Assembly (NCBI GenBank): GCA_965644315.1
Contig: CBFFRQ010000042.1
Location: 1 to 64,000, forward strand
Direction: 5' to 3'
Length of the DNA stretch: 64,000 bases
From: Caecitellus pseudoparvulus
Lineage: Eukaryota > Protista > Bigyra: Bicosoecida
Positions within the stretch are counted from its first letter, which is position 1, and the number at the start of each line of letters is the position of its first letter. The notes beneath the pieces are model-generated. The model saw only the letters and a list, made by a program, of their open reading frames with translations. It ran no database searches and had not been told where the DNA came from. Positions 55,909 through 64,000 of the stretch are shown piece after piece. The position numbers and the translations under genes were made by a program.

Positions 55909-56584
55909 GAGGCGTGCTTGGACTTTCCGATGCGAAGGCCAGGGAGCAGGAGGAATTTTCTATCGGGTTTGCAAACCACTTTAGAGGTAGCCTGCTCCTG
56001 TGGCATCTATTCGATGCAGGGCGATTGTAGTCGCTCACGGCATTGTGGTGCAAGTGAAAACGGAAGCGGCAAGCCTTCCACCCGCGTCAACTCCTCGCAG
56101 ACTTCGAACAGACTCTTTCCACCCTCACTTGACACTGGGGATGCTCCCAACACCACTGAGGCAGACCGGCACGGGGCGCCTGCCTGCATCGCCTTGCCTG
56201 CAGCCAACCTACTGCTACGGAGGTTGTACGGACAGCTCCGGCAGCCAAAGTGGCCAAAATCAATGGGGCTCTGTCGTTTTAGCCTTGACCGCATGTCTTT
56301 TCTTTGATCCAGCTCAAAACCAGTGCCTGCAGAGCAGAGCAACGCTGTGATGCACCACCAGCTCCGCTAGTTCAGTCCAAGCCAAAACAAACGACACGGC
56401 AGCATTGAGATCTGCCTTTCACAAGTAGTGCAACTTGAGCCAAGAGTGTCTCCGGCGCTTTTCAGCTTGAGTTGCTTCTTCGTTTGCGTGGAAGCAGGGC
56501 AAGCAGGCTGTCGCCTAACGGAAGGTATCAACAGCAGCTGGCTGCGACGACCGCACGCTTTTCTGGGCCGTTTTCGCCACAGCC

Positions 56585-58318
56585 ATGAGTCGAAGAAGCT
56601 TGGAACGTAAGGAGCGAGTGCCGCTCTTTGCCACCACAAGTGCCTGTGGCTTGCAGCTCGTGGTTTCCACATGGACAGGCGTTTCACTCTTCCCCGCGCG
56701 AAACGCAGGCACTTCGGGCGGCACACACGCCCACCGGCAGCGGGACCTGCTCATCAGGCTGCACCACAGCGTATCTCCAGCATCTCCATCAGTGTCCCCT
56801 GTCGCCTGCAGTGGTGCACAGGGGTCAGCAGCAGACCACGCTCGCGCCAGCTCCAGCACTGCCGGGGTGTGGGACACGCCAGCCAGCGCGATGCGGCCGC
56901 GGTCAGAGCGCGTGCCACACCCATCTGACACCCTGGCCACTCCAGCAGTTGCTCGTCGACTTCAACTGGATGGCGCCTCGCCTGAAGTCGCCCAACGAAG
57001 GCCCAACGTGCCGCCGTTGCCGCCGCCCCCAGCAGGCCTGCCTCGCGGCGGGGGTGGCGCCACGCCCCCGCGCCAGAGTGGGCGCTTCCGAGGCCGGTGT
57101 CTGCGGCAAGTATCTCCAGGCACTGACCGGGTGCTGCGCAGGGTGGCGACAGAGGTGTCTTCCCGGGCCATGGCGCCACCCACCGAGCCGTGCAACCCGT
57201 CCCCTGCCTCGTCTGGCGGCAGCACTGGCTTCCACGACAGCGCCACAGAGCGGGATGGGGACAGCCTCACACCCGTAGCCAGCAGCCCAGCCCTGTGGCG
57301 AGAGGGCAAGTGCGACGATGACGAGGCAGAGGCTGAGGACCGCCTGTCCCCCGGCTTGGGTGGACCCGACCGCAGCCCTGCACAGCACCTGCGAGACAGC
57401 TGTCACGCCGGGGAAGGCGTGCCAGACAGCGGCACCAGGTCCACCCGCACTGACAGCGGACAGTGGGATGAGAGCGGCATGAGTGGCCTGCTCTCCACAG
57501 CGGCCTCGGGCGTGTCGCCTGGGGCAGAGCTGGAGGGCGCAGCACAGCGCACCCCACAGCCTGTGCGCTGGACGCCGCCCAAGCCGGCAGTGGATGAGAG
57601 CCAATTCCGCACTGCCGTCAGGCTGGAGGGCGCCATGGGGGCCCTGGGTCCCGTGCGCGCTCCACGGGTGGTGCAGCGGCCAGTGGTGTCGCGGGGACAG
57701 CCCTCCCCGGCCCCGCAAGCGGCGTCCACAGCCACACGAGGGCCCATCAGGATATCCCCTGTCGCTGCTGCGACGCCTGGTGCCGCTGCTGCGCGGGGGC
57801 GTGCGCCAGCCAGTGCCGCTGAGACGCCTGGCACGCTGTGCACGCCTACTGGGGCAGCGGACCGCACACCTGTAGCGGGCATGGCGGGCAAGGTGAGCAT
57901 CGACCAGGCCATGGAGTGGGTGCGCCTGGGGCATGTGCGCCCTGTGCAGGAGGCGGTGTCGAAGAGGGCGCTCGCTGGCGGCGTCAACGCCGTGGACTGC
58001 CGAGGAGACACGCTGCTGATGGAGGCCTGTCGGCAAGGCAACGCGGACCTGGCTCAGTGGCTGGTGCTGCACGGGCAGGCGGCGCTGAACGTGCAGAACT
58101 CCCTTGGAGACACGGCACTGCACCTGTGTTTCACGGCAGGGACAGACGTGTCCCCAGGCCCCATGGGCGGCCGGTACGGGCGAGGCGGCGTGTTCAGCGG
58201 GGCATCTGCGTTGAGCCAGAAGGGCGTGAAGCTGGCACAGTGGCTGCAGCGCATGGGCGCAGACACCAAGCTGGTCAACGACGCGGGGAAGACCGCCCTG
58301 TCTGCATTGATGCGGTGA
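56585..58318 (+). CDS. Protein with C-terminal ankyrin repeats (start uncertain)
   Basis: VNAVDCRGDTLLMEACRQGN, LNVQNSLGDTALH, GADTKLVNDAGKTA. Confidence 0.75.
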   Translation: MSRRSLERKERVPLFATTSACGLQLVVSTWTGVSLFPARNAGTSGGTHAHRQRDLLIRLHHSVSPASPSVSPVACSGAQGSAADHARASSSTAGVWDTPASAMRPRSERVPHPSDTLATPAVARRLQLDGASPEVAQRRPNVPPLPPPPAGLPRGGGGATPPRQSGRFRGRCLRQVSPGTDRVLRRVATEVSSRAMAPPTEPCNPSPASSGGSTGFHDSATERDGDSLTPVASSPALWREGKCDDDEAEAEDRLSPGLGGPDRSPAQHLRDSCHAGEGVPDSGTRSTRTDSGQWDESGMSGLLSTAASGVSPGAELEGAAQRTPQPVRWTPPKPAVDESQFRTAVRLEGAMGALGPVRAPRVVQRPVVSRGQPSPAPQAASTATRGPIRISPVAAATPGAAAARGRAPASAAETPGTLCTPTGAADRTPVAGMAGKVSIDQAMEWVRLGHVRPVQEAVSKRALAGGVNAVDCRGDTLLMEACRQGNADLAQWLVLHGQAALNVQNSLGDTALHLCFTAGTDVSPGPMGGRYGRGGVFSGASALSQKGVKLAQWLQRMGADTKLVNDAGKTALSALMR

Positions 58319-58328
58319 GCGGGGCCTG

Positions 58329-59513
58329 TCAAGCTGCATGCTCTGGCCGGGGGGAGCTGGGCGGGTACACCGCCCCTGACAGCAGGTCGTGCAGGGCTAG
58401 TCCCTGCTCCTCCACGCTGCCGTCCCCGTGCACTGCCAAGCCTTCCTCAGGTGCTAGCAGCCACACGGGCTCGTAGGACTTGGTGACGCGGGCTGGCGCC
58501 TCCACCCGTGTGTGGTCCCACCCCACCGCATCCTCGATGCGCCAGCCGTGCAGGAGGAGGGGCAGGCGGAGGGCTCCGTAGCGCCTGTGCAGGTTCCACA
58601 CGACCTCGTCGGGGCCCACTGGCACCGCCAAGATGTACTTTCCGCTGGGTTTCAGGAACGCCTTCACCTGGTCGCTGGCCATGAGGTCGGCGTCGGGGTG
58701 CAGCGGGTCGCAGTAGCGGCCCAGGCCGTCGTGGTCAAAGGACGAGATGCTGAGGGCCAAGTCGAAGGAATGCAGGAGCTCGCCGCTGCCTGCCGCTTGC
58801 TCGGCAGCAATCTGCGCCTGCACCTCGTCTGCTCGCGCGGTGTGCACGCGGTCGTGCTCGTACGTGAGCTTGTTGTACTCGACGACGGTCACGTTGGCAG
58901 CCCCATGCACGAGCAGCAGCGCTTCGTAGCTTGGGGACGTGGAGCCAAAGACCACCACGCGAGATCCCTGCACGATGGATGGGTTCCACTTCAGCACCCA
59001 ATTCGTCCAGGATGTGAGAAGCGCAGAGGGGCCGCCCGCACTCTGCACCGCATTGCTCAGCCCTGCGCAGCACCAGAAGCAGCCGTGCGACGCAGGCAGT
59101 TGGGAGGGCGCCTGCGCAGAAACGAACTTTGGTATTTGAATGCACCTTGCACCATCCGGTTGAAGGCTTCCTTCTCATAGCGAATGTGCGACCCTGCGGG
59201 CACACGAGGGCAGGCCAGTGCGAGCACTGCGAGGAATCCAATTTCCGCAGCACACACCATTGCCCCCAGCACACTCATCGATGAAAAAATCTGACACAGG
59301 AACAGCCCCACACCGTGTATATCCCTCCACCATATGCTCGGGGATGTTCTGAGGCGGAGCAGACCCGTTCAAGTGCATCCGCGGGTACTCTGCGATGCGA
59401 GGACCACACGGTGTCGGGCGCTGCCCCTCGTCACCGGCGCCCCCCACGCTGCCACTGGCGGCCACAGCTGCTAACAAGCACGCCTGCAGCAGACCAAGTA
59501 GATAATGCTTCAT
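58329..59513 (-). CDS. Secreted DUF268-type SAM-methyltransferase-like protein; 3 exons
   Basis: Signal peptide MKHYLLGLLQACLLAAVAA; VVVFGSTSPSYE, FDLALSISSFDHDGLGRYCDPLHP, LKPSG..LAVPVGPD..WNLHRRYG. Confidence 0.8.
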
Positions 59514-60038
59514 GGTGGGCCTGAGCAGTGGGTCGCCCCGCGTCCAAGCCTGCGAGGGCTAGGGTCCAGTTCGTGGGCTGTCGACCTTGCTGCCACGCAA
59601 TGCACAAGTCCCTCGCCAACGCACAAATCCGCTCAAATCTTATTGCACGTAAGTGCGATCGCTGTGGGGACTCGTAAAACTAAATTTTGCTGCAAATGCC
59701 GGCTTGACTGGCGGGTCTCACGCTGAAGCAGCACAGCTCAACGGTGGAGGATGTGCGCCATCGGACACCTCAGCGGGCCGCGAAAGGCGGGGATGCAAAA
59801 AGCAAGAATAGAAGCAACCTTTCAGTCTGCAGAATGGAGGCCCTTACACGTCAGGCACCGCCCCAGCGACGGCAGGCTATCCGTGTGCAGCACACAAAGC
59901 CATTCAACACAGCACAATCGCAAAACGCGAACGCTGCCCTGCTCAAGCTGGAAGTCTGCTCCACCTGCCCTGGATGGCCCTTTCTGCGCCCTCGTCCTCG
60001 GCGCCCCACATGGACGCCTGGTGGGCTAAGGCGAGGGA

Positions 60039-61502
60039 ATGCACTCTCAGCAGCGCCAGCGCGGAGTCCTCGATGCTCCCGTGGCTAGCCACGCTAAACG
60101 GTGCAATCCCCGAGGCCCTGTTCAGGACAGCATAAAGCTCGTCGTATTTGGCGTTGTCTGCTTTGCACTAGGGGCTGTGACATCCACATACTCAGTGTTG
60201 GGGAGCCCCGAAGCCTGGGCGGCCCCGCATCGAAATCCGCACAAGCAACTTGTCACCTCCACGGCCCCTGAGCCCAGCACATGCAGCCCATGCGAAGATG
60301 GTGGCCTGAGAGGCGGAAGTGCTGCGTCAGGTTCCCCTTCAAGCCCTCGCGTGCTGCGCCGGATGTCCCCTCAGGGCAGGTTCTTTCAGATTGAGCGGGA
60401 GGACATCCGACGTGGACGTGAGGTGCCTGCGGACGGACCCCGCGTCCTGGTCCTGACGCCCCTGAAGAACACAGCCAAGCACCTGGACACGTACTTCGGC
60501 AACTTAGCAAACCTGACCTTTCCCCGACACCAGATGAGCCTGGGTTTCCTGGACAGCGACAGCACAGACGCCACGTGGTCCACAGTGCACGCTCGCGTGT
60601 CCAACCTGACGCAGCACTATCGCCGCGTAACCCTCGTGCAGCACGACTTTGGCCTTGACCTACCCCGCGAAGTGCGACATGAGGAGTACCTGCAGGTGAT
60701 CCGGCGCCACGTCCTGGCCCGCGGTCGCAACCACCTGCTGTCGCGTGCCTTGGTGGATGAGGACTGGGTGCTGTGGGTGGACAGCGACGTGTATGGGTGG
60801 CCCCGGGACATCCTGTCCACCCTGCTGGCCGCCAACCGCACTATCGTGTCGCCGAACTGTGTCATGTCCCGTGGCGGCGTCTCGTACGACCTCAACTCGT
60901 GGGCAGCCCCGTGGATGTCCAACGCCAGCCTGCACACCCACGGCAGCTGGCAGCGCGATGCCGCAGCCACAGCCCTCATGCGCCTGAGCGAGGCAGTGAG
61001 CAGCGGCGCAGGCAAGAAGACGTCGGCGCGGTCCTGGGCAGGGTACTTGCCGCCCCTGGCGCCCCTCACAGTGGACGCCCTGACTGCATGCCTGTCTTTG
61101 GTAACGGGCAGGCTGAACCGCCCCGGCCCCTCCCTGCACCTGGCGTACAGTGACTGTGCGTCACCCCTGGGGCGGCCGTCGGCGTTCAGGGGCTGGGAGA
61201 GTCTTGTGCCGGCGTGGGCTCGTGGCGATCCAGAGGCGACCCAGCCCCAGGTCATCCTGGAAGGCTACGCCCGCACACCCACCCGCCCCCTGTACAAGCT
61301 GCGGCACGTGGGGGACATCGTGGAGCTGGGCGGTGTGGGCGGCGCCATGCTGCTGGTGCACGCTGACTTGCACCGGGATGGCCTGGTGTTCCCGCCCTTT
61401 CCCTACCGGCAGCGCATCGAGACGGAGGGCCTGGCTGCCATGGCCCGGGACATGGGGCACCGGGCCTGGGGGATGCCCCACGTGGAGGTGCTGCACGCGT
61501 GA
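60039..61502 (+). CDS. Anp1/Mnn9-like (GT62) glycosyltransferase, type II membrane protein
   Basis: N-terminal TM; VLVLTPLKN, LARGRNHLL, WVLWVDSDV (DxD), YDLNSW, GVGGAMLLV, IETEGLA. Confidence 0.88.
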   Translation: MHSQQRQRGVLDAPVASHAKRCNPRGPVQDSIKLVVFGVVCFALGAVTSTYSVLGSPEAWAAPHRNPHKQLVTSTAPEPSTCSPCEDGGLRGGSAASGSPSSPRVLRRMSPQGRFFQIEREDIRRGREVPADGPRVLVLTPLKNTAKHLDTYFGNLANLTFPRHQMSLGFLDSDSTDATWSTVHARVSNLTQHYRRVTLVQHDFGLDLPREVRHEEYLQVIRRHVLARGRNHLLSRALVDEDWVLWVDSDVYGWPRDILSTLLAANRTIVSPNCVMSRGGVSYDLNSWAAPWMSNASLHTHGSWQRDAAATALMRLSEAVSSGAGKKTSARSWAGYLPPLAPLTVDALTACLSLVTGRLNRPGPSLHLAYSDCASPLGRPSAFRGWESLVPAWARGDPEATQPQVILEGYARTPTRPLYKLRHVGDIVELGGVGGAMLLVHADLHRDGLVFPPFPYRQRIETEGLAAMARDMGHRAWGMPHVEVLHA

Positions 61503-61679
61503 ACCAGGTCCACCCTGCCTTGGCAGGGAGGCTGCTGGGTGCGCCTGTTGGCACGGCTATGCCGGGCGACCTCCGAACCTGGGCGCTGTCTGGACACAAT
61601 ACATCTTCCATTTCATCATCTTCCAACAACCCTCACAGCGCTGTGGTGTGCGCGCCTTCCTTTGCCTTTCACACACAGC

Positions 61680-63931
61680 ATGGCGACGTCGGTGAGCTAC
61701 GTCATTGAGAAAGAGTGGCCGAGGCTGGCAGCGGTGCTGCTGGCCGTGACTGCTTGCTACTGGTACGCCTTCGCCCATTTGGTGCATGTATGTGCAGGAG
61801 CGTCGACCGCGCGCACGCTGGCACCACGTCCCCTGCAGGCTTGTCGTGCTGGGATTCGGAATAGCATGGGTTCTGCTCATTGCTTGCGCCGTGTACTGGA
61901 ATGACTACCGCCTCCGGCGCCGAGAGGTGCGTGCCCTTGCACCTGCCGCAGGTGGCCTTCGATTTCCGCAGCAAGCCCGTTGTCCTTCCAACGGCAGGCG
62001 TTGCGGACGTTGCTGGAGCGCCCCATGAACCAGACTGACTTCCTGAATCTCCCCGAATCCTTCCGTCCCAACTGGGTGGTGAACCCCCGTGTCGAGCGTG
62101 GGGAGTTCCTCACCATGTTTTTCAAGCAGATCTGGCCTTGTGCGTGGGCGCCGAGCACAGCCCTGCTGCGTCGCTTGACCAAGACCGCCCCTCCCCCCCC
62201 CTGCGCACTCTCGCAGATCTCAAGGCCGAGTACGAGCCATGTGAGTCTTGGCTGCTGTCCTTCGCGCGTGCTGCCCCTGCACACCTTCACACGCCCCCCC
62301 CCGCCACAGACCTGAAGAGCGTCATCAACTCCTCCCTCGCCTCTGTGCGCCCTGCGGCACTGTCCCGCCTGGAGGTTGCAGTGTTCTCCCTGGGCAAGTT
62401 CGCACCTGTCGTGCAGGGCATCACGTACCACTGCCCGCGTGAAGGCTCCTTCTGGCTGGACCTGGACGTGCGCCTGGGGGGTGACGTGGACCTGGAGCTG
62501 GCCGTCGGCGCCCAAGCCGTCAGCGCGGCCGTCATGCTGGAAGACCTCACCATCACCGGCACCTTGCGCCTGCAGATGGAGCCCATGGTGGCGCTTACGC
62601 CCTGGTTCAAGAACTTGCGCCTGAGCTTCGTGCGGCCGCCAGAGGTGGACTTCGACCTCGCCACGTTCTCCCGCATGCTCAACGTCATGGCAGTGCCGGG
62701 TCTGCAGACCCTCGTGCTCAACGCCGTGCGCCTGGACGCCCTCGCCTTCATGTGCTACCCCAACGCCATCGACCTGGAAATCATCGGCGACAAGGCGCTG
62801 ATGGAAAAGGGGCTGCCGGTGCCTGGTGGTCCCTCGACCCCCGCCACCCAGCCCGCCCTAGGCTCCCAGCTGGCAGGCGTGCTCACCATCACCTTCAACC
62901 GAGTGGACTTGGACTTGGAAGCAGCTGCCCGGCGTGCGTCCACGGGCGCCGACGCCGGTGCGCGTGGGGCCGCCTCGGACCTGCCCTTGGACCCTGCCGC
63001 CTGGCGGGATCTGTCCCTGCAGGTGACTGTGGGCAGCACCACGAAGGAGGGCGTGCTGGTGACGCCCAACACTGCGCTGCGAGTGCCTACCAACAGCCCC
63101 TACCGCTTCGTGCTGCCGCACGCCCTGCTGGGGGACTACGTCACCATCACCCTCCTGCGCAAGCAGCACCGGGCCCTGCGCGCCAGCATCTGGCAGCCAG
63201 TGGGTGACGTCCGCCTCCCCGTCGCGGCGGTGCTGACGCCGGATGGCCAGCCCTCCCAGAACGCGGGTGCTGTCTCCTGCACCACGACACAGGCGCTGCC
63301 CCTGGCTGCCTGCCCAGACTGCACCCTGCGCTTTACTGTGGCATACCTGCCCTTCGTGGCGGCGGGGGAGGCCGGCTCAGCCCCCTCCACACCCCCCGCC
63401 TCCTCCACCATGCCGCCAGCCGTGCCTTCGTCCGGGGGCGCCGCGGCATCAGGCCACTCTCCCGCCCCACGCACGCTCCGGGAGCGCCAGCGACTGAAGG
63501 GCGGGCCCCAAGAAGTCTCCTCCGTGCGACCTGCACGCACAGGCGGCCCTGCGCAGCGGGGCGTCCTCGTGGTGCGTGTGGAGAGCGCCGCGAACCTGAG
63601 GCGGGCGGATGTCGTCGGGTGGGCGGACCCGTACGTCATCTTGCGCGTGGGGGCTGACGAGCAGCGCACGCGTGTGGTGCCGTCCAGCAAGGCGCCTACG
63701 TGGAACGAGGAGTTCGAGTTCCTCGTGGAGGACTCCTCTGTTGCCCAGGTGCTCCTGGATGTCATGGACTACGACAAGGCCAGCACGGACGACCCCCTCG
63801 GAAACCTCGCCATCCCCGTCGCAGACATCACAAGCAGCCAGTCATGTACCCTGCGTGGGGAATGGCCTCTGGAGAACACGCCGTCGGGGTACATCACCCT
63901 TGCCTTTGGCTGGAGGGCGCTGGGGCAGTGA
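61680..63931 (+). CDS. Extended synaptotagmin/tricalbin-like protein (TM + SMP + C2); 5 exons
   Basis: PNWV..VERGEFL..IWPY, FSLGKFAP, LSFVRPPEVDF; C2 with ADPYV, PTWNEEFEF, MDYDKASTDDPLG; micro-exon 62217-62240. Confidence 0.88.
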
Positions 63932-63966
63932 GGCTGCAGGCAGCGCCTCAAACTCACATTCGAAGG

Positions 63967-63976
63967 GAATGCATTC
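63967..63976. terminator. Palindromic GAATGCATTC downstream of the E-Syt stop
   Basis: 35 nt after stop 63931; identical to the 4837-4846 decamer. Confidence 0.45.
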
Positions 63977-64000
63977 ACATGCCGAGCTTCTGCCGCAGCT

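Noticed and set aside
5232-58339. Many long antisense or alternate-frame ORFs (e.g. 5232..6524+, 9145..10659-, 30059..31504+, 39674..41203+, 56903..58339-)
   Set aside because: Shadow ORFs expected from high GC and strong codon bias opposite well-supported genes; no family motifs
1433-62309. Introner-type repeated introns or non-canonical splice sites
   Set aside because: All introns I reconstructed are GT-AG and I saw no shared internal sequence among them
1-64000. rRNA, tRNA, CRISPR arrays, transposases, endogenous virophage or viral genes, alternative genetic code
   Set aside because: None recognised by eye; no large AT-rich island or terminal repeats; TAA, TAG and TGA all terminate conserved proteins. 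A tRNAscan/Infernal run would be needed to exclude small RNAs

Overview
Gene-dense, GC-rich (roughly two-thirds GC by eye) eukaryotic nuclear DNA in the standard code. It holds about 32 protein-coding genes on both strands, with short spliceosomal GT-AG introns (mostly 60-130 nt; donors mostly GTGCGT/GTGAG/GTGTG) and very short intergenic gaps (1-80 nt between convergent stop codons). Flagellar genes (RSPH14-like, TSNAXIP1-like), a CDPK and the intron style suggest a flagellated protist, possibly a heterotrophic stramenopile; this is inference only. Recognisable genes: PHTF/7TM-ion-channel-like protein, Ypi1/PPP1R11, patatin TAG lipase, LENG1, pICln, YeeE/YedE fusion, group II PLP decarboxylase, SPPL protease, DGAT2, PSMD5-like, CDPK, NELF-B/bromodomain fusion, SF1/BBP, RGG-LRR-PIN protein, CHMP1, WW-MFS transporter, DUF268 protein, Anp1/GT62 and extended synaptotagmin. 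I recognised no rRNA, tRNA, CRISPR array or transposase. The most striking unexplained signal is the hexamer AATGCA at or just after many stop codons. At several convergent gene junctions it forms the palindrome (G)AATGCATT(C), making it a candidate non-canonical, bidirectional polyadenylation/termination signal. Gene models were spliced by hand and family calls come from remembered motifs, not database searches.
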